The notes under the pieces were generated by a model that had not been told where the DNA came from, ran no database searches, and worked only from the letters and a program-made list of their open reading frames with translations. A stretch of 64,000 bases of DNA from Octopus vulgaris (Eukaryota): assembly GCA_951406725.2 (NCBI GenBank), contig OX597817.1, positions 51,150,001-51,214,000 on the forward strand, given 5' to 3'. This document shows, piece after piece, positions 41,961 to 54,369 of the stretch (within the stretch, counting starts at the first letter, position 1; each line of letters begins with the position of its first letter). Made by a program: the position numbers and the translations under genes.

Positions 41961-44065
41961 ACTCCATCCTGTAAGGAATTCCAGACGCGAGTTGATGTCC
42001 ACAGCTTTGTGCGCCGTGTCCGGTTGGGTGCGCATTACCACGACTCGCCACCCACACCCAACGAAGAGGACGACTGCTTCACTGGCCTGGGCCGCCGACC
42101 ATCCCCGTGGACGCCTGCTCCTGGCCAGATCCTAGCAGTGGATCTTTTCGCGGGCGCTTGTCAGCGTGCATTGGAGCGGTTCAACTTCTCCAGGCGCCAA
42201 CGCCGCCTCAACATCTCCCCGGCTGAGCTCTTGGCTCTTCGTTCCCTCCAACGGCGCGCTGACATTATCATCAAACCGGCTGACAAGGGTGGAGCTGTAG
42301 TGGTGTGGCGCGCGGACCTCTATAGGGCCGAGGCTTTCCGCCAACTCAATGACACCTCCTTCTATTCCCCTCTGCCCTCTAACCCCACACGTAGCTACCA
42401 ACAGACGGTATCCTCTACTGTCCAAGACCTCATCTCGTCCTCCCGTCTCCCCCGCACCGCATCCAACCTAATTGTGCGAACCCCACGTACCCCCACCATT
42501 TACTTCCTCCCCAAAATCCACAAACCCAACAACCCTGGCCGCCCCATCGTCTCCGCCTGTAACTGCCCCACGGAGCTCATCTCTAAATACCTCGACCGTG
42601 TCCTTGCCCCCCTAGTGGCATCTCTTCCCTCCCACATCCACGATACCAACCATGCTCTCCGGCTTTTCAACTCTTTCTCCTTTCCTCCCGGCTCCTCCAA
42701 AATCCTTTTTACTATGGACATCCAAAGCCTCTATACTGTTATCCCTCACCACGAAGGACTGCAGGCCCTTCGACACTTTCTTGACCTCCGCTCTAACCCT
42801 GTACCTGACACCTCCACACTCATTCGTCTGGCCGAACTTGTCCTTACTCTGAACTGCTTCTCGTTCGCGGGCGAGTTCTACCATCAGGTCTCGGGAGTGG
42901 CCATGGGAACGCGAATGGGCCCCAACTATGCGAACCTGTTCGTTGGCTATGTTGAGGCCCAAATATTCTCTAATTTCACTGGTCCCACTCCTGAACTATA
43001 TGGTCGTTATATTGACGACATTATCGGTGCCACCTCACTCTCCCGCGAACATCTAGATTCCTTCCTCTCTTTCGTCCAATCTTTCCATCCAGCCCTCCAC
43101 TTCACTTCCACTATCTCCAACACCTCTGTCTCCTTCCTCGACATTTCGGTTAGCATTCTTCACTCCACTCTTACCACCTCCATTCACTACAAACACACAG
43201 ACTCACACTCATACCTCAACTTCTCTTCCTCCCACCCAGAACACACCAAGCTTTCCATCCCCTATTCCCAATTCCTCCGTCTACGTAGGCTCTGTAGTGA
43301 CGACCATGACTTTGAGACTCAGTCTCAACGTATGGCTCACCACTTCACCCTACGTGGATACCCCCTCACCACTATCCACACCGCCCTTGCCAGAGCACGG
43401 TCCGTGGACCGTGTATCTGCTCTCTCTCCCCGAACCCGCCCTGTAGTATCCCGCCTCCCTTTTCCCCTCACTTACCACCCCACGACCCTACGTCTCCAAC
43501 GCACCATTCTTCGAGCTTTCCGTCATCTCCAGTCCGACCCGTCCACTTCACACCTCTTCCCTAACCGACCCCTCCCCTCTTTCAAACGAGCCCACAACCT
43601 TCGAGACCTTTTGGTCCATAGCTCCTTCCCTGACCCTACCTCCCAACCCGGCTCGTTCCCCTGCTCCCGCCCACGTTGCCGCACTTGCCCTTACCTCTCC
43701 AACACCACCCGCCTCACTAGCACCCACCATCGACCCTATCCCATCATCCACTCCTTCACCTGCACCTCCAGCAATATTATCTATTGCATCTCTTGCTCTC
43801 TCTGCAATTCCTTGTATATCGGACAAACGGGACGCCGCTTGGCTGACCGGTTCGCGGAACACCTTCGTGACATCCACCTTGCGAACGACACACCGGTCTC
43901 ACGCCATTTCCGCTCCACCGGTCACTCCTTGCAACACCTATCTGTGTTCGGTTTGTCCTTACACAGAGGCCATCCGGATTCCCGTTTGCGCCGTGAACAG
44001 GAATTAATCTTCTCTCTTCGCTCTTATACGCCATTTGGTCTCAACTCTCCCCCCTCCTCATCTAA
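41961..44065 (+). CDS. Penelope-like reverse transcriptase / GIY-YIG endonuclease polyprotein (N-terminus missing)
   Basis: Motifs IKPADKGG, YFLPKIHKPNNPGRPIVS, TMDIQSLYT, GVAMGTRMGPNYANLF, RYIDDI, FLDI; Cys linker CSRPRCRTC; GIY-YIG region IIYCISCSLCNSLYIGQTGRRLADRFAEH...RREQELI...GLN. No internal stops. The listed start (MYVYIYI) is microsatellite and the low-complexity tail after GLN is probably UTR read-through, so the end coordinate is approximate. Confidence 0.92.
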
Positions 44066-44379
44066 CCCCCCTCTCCCCCTCCTCACCTATCCTTTCTCCC
44101 CCGACCCCTACTTCTACAGTCCTTCATCCTTTCACCCCTACTCCCCTTCCCTTCTTCCCTCTTTCTCCCTCCCTCTTCCCCTTCCCTCTGCTCCCTCACT
44201 CCCCCTCTCCCTCTTTCCTCCTTCATCCCCCTCATCCCCTTCCTTCTCCCCCATCCTCTCCTCTTCCCCCTTCTCCTCCCCCTCTTCTTCCCCTCGCCTT
44301 CTCTCCCCCTCTTCTCCCCTCCCCCTCTTCTCCTCACTACACCACATGACTTTACACATCACATCACATATGATGTGCC

Positions 44380-44720
44380 ATACTAATACACACACCAACT
44401 AATACATACTAATACGTACTAATACATACCAGTACATACTAATACTTACACCAACACTATACATACACACGTCCAGACCCCGCATACGCACTTATACTCT
44501 CTCACACACACACACACACACCTATACATACCAATACGTACTAATACATACTAATACATACTAATACATACACCAACCCCATACATACGCACGTCCAGAC
44601 CAATCTTACGCACTAATACTCTCTCATACACACACACACACACACACACACACCCTTATACATACTAATACATACACCAACCCTATACATACACACATCC
44701 AGACCCCTCCCACGCACTTT
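44380..44720 (+). repeat. Three ~110-120-bp tandem units built on an 11-bp TACTAATACAT subunit in the Penelope 3' UTR
   Basis: TCCAGACC...ACGCACT recurs near 44470, 44592 and 44697. Confidence 0.8.
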
Positions 44721-44889
44721 TAGCTGGTCCCTCAACCCTTTTATCAACCCTATTATCTCCCCTTATTTCGCTCTCGCGTCTCATGTTTGATCTTTGACCT
44801 CTGGCCGAAATCAGATCGCCATGTTGATTCGTTAGCTACTGCACGCATTTTTTTCTCTCCTTCTTTCTGTGTTTTTCTCTCTCTGTGTA

Positions 44890-44927
44890 TCTTTCTGTTG
44901 AAGAGCGTAGGCTCGAAACGTTAAAGA
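44890..44927 (+). ncRNA. Minimal type I hammerhead ribozyme-like motif in the Penelope 3' pLTR (variant core)
   Basis: TCTTT-CTGTTGA-A-GAGC(GTAG)GCTC-GAAAC-GTT-AAAGA: stem I TCTTT/AAAGA, stem II GAGC/GCTC, palindromic ACGT stem III. Confidence 0.7.
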
Positions 44928-45031
44928 CTTGTTTTATTTATATTTCCTGAGCGCCATACTAATACAATTGTTCGTTTGTTTTCCACCTGCCTTCGTCTTT
45001 TGTTTATTTTCATAAAGCTTCCCGTTATATA

Positions 45032-45062
<31 letters not shown>

Positions 45063-45063
45063 G

Positions 45064-45158
<95 letters not shown>

Positions 45159-45484
45159 CATATATTTGTTCGTGTGTGTGCACAAACACGCGCGAGCATA
45201 TCTATACACACATGCTCGCGTACACGCACACATACAAACACACGTATGTACAGACATGTATACAAAATATACAAATATAATTATACATAGACATACAAAC
45301 ACAAATACACACACATACAGCGAAAGAAATGAAATTAATGTTTTTATTATTGCGATATTAAATATAATTGTAATTTTTATAACCAAACAATTTAAACAGA
45401 AAATGAAATTGTAATATATAAAAAAAGGAAGAACACATATAAATATATATATACATATAGCATGCACGGACATATACACATGCT

Positions 45485-45519
<35 letters not shown>

Positions 45520-45978
45520 GCGCATATATGTGTGCACACGCGTAAATTCATACACACACACATACATACATACATACATACATACATACATACATACGCA
45601 CACGCACGTATATACTGGTTCATACACATATAATTATAGTTACATATTTTTTCAAAAATTACCATATATGTATGTATATATATACGAGAAGAAAGGAACG
45701 GAGAGAGTAATTGAATACACGCATACAAGTTATAATTCGCTGCTAACATATTCGTTTAGTTATAAATATTTGGCAATACAATCGTGATTATCTTCAGGTG
45801 CATATACTTATTTAAATATATATATATATACATATATATGTTCACATATAGTCACACAATTAGATATACATACATACATTTATAAATACAGATCTCCATA
45901 TATAACTGCATATATACACATATATACCTACATATGTACATGTAGACACATATATAAAGAAAGTATATGCATATGAAC

Positions 45979-46018
<40 letters not shown>

Positions 46019-46037
46019 TACATATACACACACACAT

Positions 46038-46088
<51 letters not shown>

Positions 46089-46429
46089 CACATAGTTAAA
46101 TATAAACATAGACATACATGCCCTCATAAAAATATATATATCGTAGTATATATACACATATACACACTTGCTTTCAAGCCATACGTACATAATCCTGTAA
46201 AGATAATGTAAGTGTTAATAATTTAACATTGAAAATGAATTCATCGCTATTATTAGTTGATCCGGTATTTTCTACTTATATTAATAATTTTATTGGAAAG
46301 TTTTAAAGTACTGAAAAGCGCCAAGTGAATCTTTATGCTAGTTCATATAATGTTTATATTTTGATATTTCTTTAATATGGTCTTTACAAATTGATATTTT
46401 CTTCTAATATTTAACATTTAATATGTAGT

Positions 46430-46485
<56 letters not shown>

Positions 46486-46548
46486 TATATACATACATTA
46501 TATAAATGAAAGAATGGAGTTGAACGACGATTTAACAAGATTCCTTTA

Positions 46549-46632
46549 TTCTCGACATATGTTTCGAAGGCTGCATATTCCTAATTTCGAAGGAATAAGG
46601 GGTGCATTATGCCGCCTTCTCATCAGGAAAAA
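46549..46632 (-). ncRNA. Type I hammerhead ribozyme (inverted copy)
   Basis: Reverse complement of 46694-46777. Confidence 0.8.
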
Positions 46633-46693
46633 CAAGGAACATCAAGATGAACAAAAGCTCTTATATGACTGCCCACATGGAGCCCATAGCGAT

Positions 46694-46777
46694 TTTTTCC
46701 TGATGAGAAGGCGGCATAATGCACCCCTTATTCCTTCGAAATTAGGAATATGCAGCCTTCGAAACATATGTCGAGAA
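46694..46777 (+). ncRNA. Type I hammerhead ribozyme
   Basis: TTTTC-CTGATGA-GAAGGC...GCCTTC-GAAAC-ATAT-GTC-GAGAA; palindromic stem III ACATATGT, GUC triplet. Confidence 0.85.
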
Positions 46778-46955
46778 TAAAGGAAATTTGTTAAATCGTC
46801 GTTCAACTCCATTCTTTCATTTATTTGTATTTAAAAAAACACACAAATTTCCACCATTGGCATGTAGCTTCAACCGTGTTTTTCTGACGTGAATTTGCTA
46901 CCCAGGTATCGGTTAACCGAATTATCCATACTAATATAATTCATTCAACTACTTA

Positions 46956-47024
<69 letters not shown>

Positions 47025-47062
47025 TATATATGCATATATATAAACATATATATTTTTTTATA

Positions 47063-47448
47063 CTCTAATTTCAGCTCAAAGCTGCGGCCATGCTGATGCA
47101 CCGTCGTTTTGCTACACTGTTATTATTAAGAGCCTCCTCTAATATGTGGCACTTGGTGAAGAATGGAGTTTGATATAGCTACCCTCATTTGCACCTCTTG
47201 CCGTGAGGTAGGTTCATCTGGGACTCTTGACAGGAAGAGGTCCAGCTTTGATTTTAAAACCCCTACATCTACTTTATGCAAGTTCCTCAGACTCTTTAGG
47301 AGAATATTAAAAAGCTGTGGGCCCTTGAAACCCAGGCTGTTGCAGTAACTGGTCCTGAAGCGTGATGATATTGCTGGGATTTTTAGCACTATGCAGTAAT
47401 CCAGGCGGCTGAGGGCGAATGTCCGCCAGAGGACCATCATGGTTTCCT
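47063..47448 (-). mobile_element. CR1-clade LINE 3' end
   Basis: LSRLDYC...GPQLFNIL.KSLRNL...KSKLDLFLSRVPDEP, then a 3' UTR stem-loop CAGCT-TTG-AGCTG. Confidence 0.85.
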
Positions 47449-47899
47449 TATACATATATATACATATATATCATTAATAAAATATAATATGTGTGTGTGT
47501 ATACATGCATATATAGGAACAGGACGTCACCAACTGTATAAATAACATGAAATACGTAAACAAGCGAGGGAAAAACGGGTGACATACGTTAACAAGAAGA
47601 AAAAAAAAAAGGAAAACAGGACAAGTTAACACAGAGAAACGGCCCTTGGTCAGTTGTCGGCTGATTATCTACTCCTCAATTCGAGCTTTCACCATTATGA
47701 GTCTTTAAAGTCAGTTGCTCCCATAAATTCTAAAATAAAATTTAGGATTTATGGTGTGTCAAAGTTGGGAACAAAAAACTGACAGGGAAAACGAAGAAAA
47801 ACAAACATGGCGGGTTGTTAAACCAGAAAGAGAGGAAAATATTGAACACTGGGGAAACATTTCTTATACTTTCAATTTGGAGGGATTAGAAAGGTAACG

Positions 47900-48320
47900 T
47901 AATTTACAAAATTGTCCCGAAGGAGTGAACCTCCACCTCGGATGTGCATTTTAATCATCTAGGGAAATTTATCTCAGCGATTGTACAGAGTCATCCATCA
48001 TTGCTAATCGTAAGATCTTGCGTTTCATCATCACAATGTCAGGCCGCACACTTTTTTGAAGACGCGTAAGAACTTGCTAGGGCTTCACTGAAATTTATTT
48101 CCATGACGCCTTTGCGTCTCTTCAAAATCCGATGGCTATATCGATCTTTACAAAATTCTCTGGATGTACAGATCTAATACACTGAAGAGAAGGCAAAAAA
48201 TTGACCTGCAGAGATTTTAGCTGGAAAAGATTTTTAAAAAAACTCTTTGAGCAGGGTAAACGGATCTGCCCACAAGATGGCAGAAGATACTGGAACGGAG
48301 CGACAATTTTAAAGTTGTTT
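47900..48320 (+). pseudogene. Highly decayed mariner transposase fragment
   Basis: Broken frames give FHHHNVRPH (HDNARPH-like), RSLQNSLD and LPTRWQKILE. Confidence 0.65.
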
Positions 48321-49030
48321 TAGTTTCGCTTAAAAACCAAACCAATCTATCTATTTGTCTCTCTCTCTATCTATCAATCTATCAGTTTCTCTCTGTCTCT
48401 TTCTCTCTCTCTCCGTCTATCTATCTATCTATCTATCTATCTATATATCTATATGTCTGTCTATCTATCTATCCATCTATCTATCTATGTACCTACCTAT
48501 CTGTCTACTTTTTTCTCTATATATATGTATATACATACATATGTGTGTGTTTGTGTGCGTGTGTGTGTTTGTGTGTGACTGTTTGTGTATGTATACATGT
48601 ACATCCACGCAGACACACACACACACACACACAGACGCACACATTTATATACTGCTGTGTATGTTTATGCTTTGTGAATTTATATGTATACTCCGTAATC
48701 ATAATAGATTTGACTTTAGCAATATAAATCTGGTATAAAAACTGCGATATTAGATTCTCAAAGACGATTCTGAAACAGCAGGTGGTGGCATAAGCCAATG
48801 AAACATCATATTATTCACTCCATCATATAAACACATGTAGTCAACAGTGGTAGCAAAAAGTGATATCTACTTTATTAAAGCATTAACAATACGATATAAG
48901 TTTTCGTTTAATATTTGATATATTCCATTATATAGTTTTCAATATGCAACCGCATTTCATCGACGTGTGTTTGAATGAGATTCTCCTGTTCAGTATTTAT
49001 CGTGTACTAATTAATTAGAATTAAATCATA

Positions 49031-49285
49031 CTCTTTACTCTTTACGCTTTTACGCTTTTACTTGTTTCAGTCATTTGACTGCGTCCATGATGGGGCACCG
49101 CCTTTTAGTCGTGCGAATCGACCACAGGACTTATTCTTTGTAAGCCTAGTACTTATTCTATCGGTCTCTTTTGCCGAACCACTAAGTTACGGCTAGGTAA
49201 ACACACCAGCATCGGTTGTCAAGCGATGTTGGAGGGACAAACATATACACACATATCTATATCTATATATCTGTATCTATCTATT

Positions 49286-49350
<65 letters not shown>

Positions 49351-49529
49351 TATATATATATAAATAAATAAATAAATAAATATATATATAAATAAATAAA
49401 TAAATATATATATATATATATAAATAAATAAATATATATATATATAAATAAATAAATATATATATAAATAAATAAATATATATATATATAAATAAATAAT
49501 ATATATATAAATAAATAATATATATATAT

Positions 49530-49605
<76 letters not shown>

Positions 49606-49763
49606 TACGACGGGCTTCTTTCAGTTTCTATCTACCAAATCCACTCAATAAGGCTTTGATCGGCCCGAGGCTATAGCAGAGGACACTTGCCCAAGGTGCC
49701 ACGCAGTGGGACTGAACCCGGAACCATGTGGTTGGTAAGCAAGCTACTTACCACGCAACCACT
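49031..49763 (-). mobile_element. SINE family A with expanded internal (TA)/(TAAA) microsatellite
   Basis: Head and tail separated by about 360 bp of microsatellite. Further partial copies at about 20780-20940, 31073-31227, 55866-56070, 59030-59165 and 63951-64000. Confidence 0.88.
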
Positions 49764-50269
49764 CAAATTTCTCCTTACGCACTTCTTGCTTTGGGGCATA
49801 ATCGCAGCTCAGCATTTTCTTTAAAAAAAATATGGAGCGAATTAAACACGAGCAAGTAAGCTATTTCACGCACACCAATGTTGTTCCTTTTCCAACTTGT
49901 AAAGACTTTGAGTTAAGCCATCTTCCCTCCCTGTTTCAGATATTTGAGGTAACGCATACAATAACCGATTACCGATAATTCACTCGATATTTAACAGACT
50001 ACGTAATGTTTAACGTGTAACTCCATTCTCTTGTTTGGGTGTTTTGCTTTTTAGCCATCGGAAATCAAGCCAGAATTCATTAGTAAATGAAAACCCTCAT
50101 TAGCCTTTGAGAACCATGTCTGATTTGATAATTAAACGAAATATCACTAGAAGTTTACGAGCCCAATTCAACAAATCCACTACATTAACCATTTAAAAGT
50201 ATTTGAAATTATTCATAATAGAAAAACATAAATAATAGAGAATTGTCTGAAATAATTAAATAATCTTTT

Positions 50270-50638
50270 CTACAATAGGCAAAGGGTGAGTCGTTCACAT
50301 CGAGTTCAGTACAGAACTGGTACTTAATTTATCGACCCCGAGAGGATGAAAGGCAAAGTCGACCTAGGCGGAATTTTAACTCAGAAGTAAAGACAGACGA
50401 AATACCTATTTCTTTACTACCCACAAGGAGCTACACACAGAGGGGACAAACAAGGTCAGACAAACGGATTAAGTCGATTATATCGATCCCAGGACGTAAC
50501 TGGTACTTGATTTATCGACCCCGAAAGAATGCAAGGCAAAGTCGACCTCGGCGGAATTGAACTCAGAACGTAACGACAGACGAAATACCGCTAAGCTTTT
50601 TTCCCGCCGTAGTAACGCTTCTGCCAGCTCGCCGCCTT
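50270..50638 (-). mobile_element. SINE family B dimer
   Basis: Two bodies, one head. Confidence 0.85.
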
Positions 50639-52404
50639 GTGTGGAAACAAATGTTTTTGTATCTGAAGCTGACCCAGAGAATTGAGGTATCACTGAAGAG
50701 TTCATGAATAGCGACGAAATATTTTGACAAACATAACTGATAGATCGATTACCCGAATGGTTTATCAAAAATAATTAGTTAATTGGTTAACCAACTGACA
50801 TATAATAAAGAAGTGAAATAGAAACAGTGCATGTGTTCACTATTTGTATAAAGACCCTTCCGTGGTTCAGGTAAAACATAAAACTTTTATAAGTCTGAAC
50901 AGGTATTTATAATTATTTAAACAAGGACACACATTACTGAGACAGAATTACAATAATTTTGAAACGCCATAGCACCTAACATCTCTCGATTTCCCAGGAG
51001 ACACAGAAAACACATGTTCTCACATTTATTAACACAACAGAAGAAGGCAAATGTATCAAAATTGAGAAAAACTGTAAAAATAAATGAATTTGTGCCCCAG
51101 GAGTGAAGATGGATGGAAACATCTAGCAGTGAAAATCCTGGAAAAATCTATAATTTACTTTTTATGACGTGAGAAATTGTTCGATTCTCTTTAGTGTGTT
51201 TCTAAATTTATCTTAGAAACGCGGTCGCATTATTGTGATTCTTATTTAGAATATAATAAAACTCGCTTCAAAAGATATCAATACATGCATACATATATTT
51301 ATGTCTGCATACGTACGTCTCTACAGGAAAAGATGCGTATGTAAATGTATATATCTGTGCGTGCTTAAGTGTAGGTACGCACGTACTAATATATATATAT
51401 ATATATGTCTGTATATATACATATACATGTATGTACGTATGCACTTATATATATATATATATATGAAGAAACGGTGTATATGAAATTTACTATAGATAAG
51501 TAGTAATTCCATCAGTTAATGTTGGCATACATGAGTGTATGAATATATGCACACATACACACATACATACCATACGTACATACATACATACATATATACA
51601 TACATACATACACACACTTATATATATATATATATATGTATGTATATAAACAGATATACATGCATACATGCATGAATACATACATGTACATACACAACAT
51701 GAATATATACGCAAGTATATGCAAGAAAAATGTCTATGATGGTATGTATATGATTGTACGAATCTATGTAAATGTGTGCGCCTGTGCGTATCAGTGAGAG
51801 GATACCTTTTATATGTTATATATAATTGACGGAGACAATTAAAGTAAATGAAATACATCAAAACATAAAAGTTTATGATAAATATATACACACAGGCCTA
51901 AATTCAAAGTGGAATCACTTTATTAGGTTTCTTTGCGTCTTGGACTTTTTTATTGATGGTCTCAAAGGCCCAGGAGTCACTGTGAGATAAGAAGCTTGCT
52001 GCGAACTGGCAGAAGCGTTAGCTTCGACCAGCAACTGGCGTGGCACCGAGGTCAACCATACAAGTTTGCAAATAGAGCAGATTTCAGATTTAAAATAGGT
52101 TTCCTCTCGCCTGCCCCAGAACCCTATAAACAACTAACTGAATTCAGTTTGCTCGGAGGCAAACTGAGTGAAAGGACCTGAACGAACCTGCACAGAAAAT
52201 TATGTCCGGTTACATATGCACCTGCCAATATTCTGTGGAAACACATGTAGGGCATCGTAACCATAAAAATAAGCTCTATGGCATTGTAAAATAAAAGGAA
52301 ATAAATATTGTAGATGTACCAGTCACGATATTCTTTATCGTTATATTTACTGCAAATATACATTCCAGCCAATATAACCATGCAGGGGAGCGAACACGGA
52401 ATTA

Positions 52405-52475
52405 CCCATCTGAGGATATGACTGTGTAAGTGGCAACTCCTAGTATTGACAGTCGTGAAATACTAATCGATGCGG
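52405..52475 (+). ncRNA. Hammerhead-like motif
   Basis: CAT-CTGAGGA-T-ATGACTGT...ACAGTCGT-GAAAT-ACTA-ATC-GATG; 8-bp stem II; stem I CATC/GATG overlaps core C3. Confidence 0.55.
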
Positions 52476-52570
52476 TTAACTCTACCTGGAGCATAAGTGA
52501 AAGCTACCATGGTATCCGCGCGGATAACATTTCCCTCTAAACTGGCATTAGTGTATATATATATATATAT

Positions 52571-52960
52571 ACTAGCAGTATCGCCCGGCGTTGCTCAGGT
52601 TTGTAAGGGAAATAACTATAAAGCATATTTAGAGAGTTTTAGCCAAAATATAGCAAAAAGATGGGAAAAAATGATGGTAAATTTTTTTTTTAGTTAAAAA
52701 AGGTGGAGTTGCGTCCCCTAGACAGTTTGCGGTTTGTGTTTCTAATTCTTGACCCCATGTCGAATTTATTGATTTTTTTCAGAACTGGGGGAACTTTTCA
52801 AAATTTTCGCTGTGTTAGTTTTATATAATGACATTGGGCTATGTGTGTGTCAAGTTTCATCAGAATCGGTTGAAAGCCGTGGTCAGGGTGAGGGTACGAG
52901 AAAACAGACACACAGAAACACGCACAGACAAACTGCCGTTTATATATAGAGAGAAGAGAT
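52571..52960 (-). mobile_element. Non-autonomous Helitron-like element
   Basis: Minus strand begins A|TCTC...TATATATAAACGGCA and ends with a subterminal hairpin (CCTGAGCAACGCCGGGCG) and CTAG|T. Confidence 0.75.
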
Positions 52961-53139
52961 TTATATAAGTTCAGTAAAATTTAGATTCAGTTGAATATGG
53001 TACTTAAGTTAAAGGCACCATAATTTGGTATGGTATTATCCATAAAATTCAAAATGGGGTGGTTACAATAAGCAACAAGGATAAGCAACAAGGATATCCA
53101 TAGGTAATGCAGTACGATCATTTCATGCGACTCCATTTA

Positions 53140-53203
<64 letters not shown>

Positions 53204-54141
53204 TATATATACACACATATCAAGGCGGTGCTCCAACATGTCCACAGTCAAGTGATTGAAACAAGTAAAAAGTAAATGATTTGTATATACAAACATATGT
53301 TGTTGACAGCATGACAATTTATATACATTCGAGAGAAGATGGGTTAATTATTTTCATAATTCGCTTCCGATACTTATAATAATAGCGTATTAATATGTAA
53401 ATAGATCAAAATGAAACACTTGTTCGCTTCACTTGGCTTTCCTCCAGGCAATCGCATCGTCGTTTTCGTAAATACCGTTCTAATTTTGTTGAAATTCTTC
53501 ATTATTTGAGGTTATCTCTTCTCCCCATTTAGAATTGTTAACAATTGTCGAAGCTCTTCTGTCCTCGGTGATGATTTCAATAAAACTAGAATCTGCATTG
53601 TCTATCATTTAATGCACACGCGTTTGACAAATACGTGCTACGAGCTAGCTACTTTCATTTGTCTTCTCATTTTCACTTCCTATGTATGTGTAAGTGTATA
53701 CATGTACGTATGTGTGTGTGTGCATATATATATATATACGATCATATATAATGCACAAAATGAAGTCAAGAAACCTGAGTAGTTATACCGTTCACTCTAT
53801 TTCTCCATTTATTAATACGGATTGTATCTCTCATTAACGTCCTGCTATCCTACTTTCTAACAGCCCTCTTCGACGACGTGTGCAATGTAATGATACATTA
53901 CAAATTTTTATCATCTGTATTTCTTTTTATCTTATCTGCGTTTATTCTTTTCTTTCTGTTTCATAAGGAGTATTACTCGACTCATTTGATACGCTTCTGT
54001 TCCTATTGTTAACTTACATATTTTCATTGCACATACCCCATGAATTTTATGGCTTTAAGTCCAGTTATATCATTACGGCTACTCAGAACGAGTTGGCACA
54101 AACCTCTGGAGTGAGTATAGCAACAGGAATTGTGTGCATGC

Positions 54142-54222
<81 letters not shown>

Positions 54223-54369
54223 TACATTACTGCCATGCTTTACTTCGGATGTGTATTCACACATACAGATGAATGTATACATGAACACACCACCAATTCA
54301 TCCACTTGTTAATTAATTCGCATTCGCATCACTGGTTGATATGTTTATATGTTGCAATATTAAATTTCT

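Larger units (their letters stand above)
41960..45025 (+). mobile_element. Penelope-like retroelement (Neptune-type), 5'-truncated, inserted in (TA)n
   Basis: RT plus C-terminal GIY-YIG ORF, C-rich 3' UTR with tandem repeats, 3' pseudo-LTR carrying an HHR-like motif; (TA)n on both sides. Confidence 0.93.
46502..46960 (+). mobile_element. Short non-autonomous Penelope-like element with a 131-bp inverted terminal duplication
   Basis: 46502-46632 is the reverse complement of 46694-46824 (2 mismatches); both arms carry an HHR; (TA)n on both sides. Confidence 0.8.

Noticed and set aside
42132-44398. Antisense ORFs over the Penelope element
   Set aside because: Expected from its compositional bias; no recognisable motifs.
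47520-47850. Possible permuted hammerhead on the minus strand
   Set aside because: Boxes are decayed (GAAT, CTGACCA) and stems I and III are not convincing.
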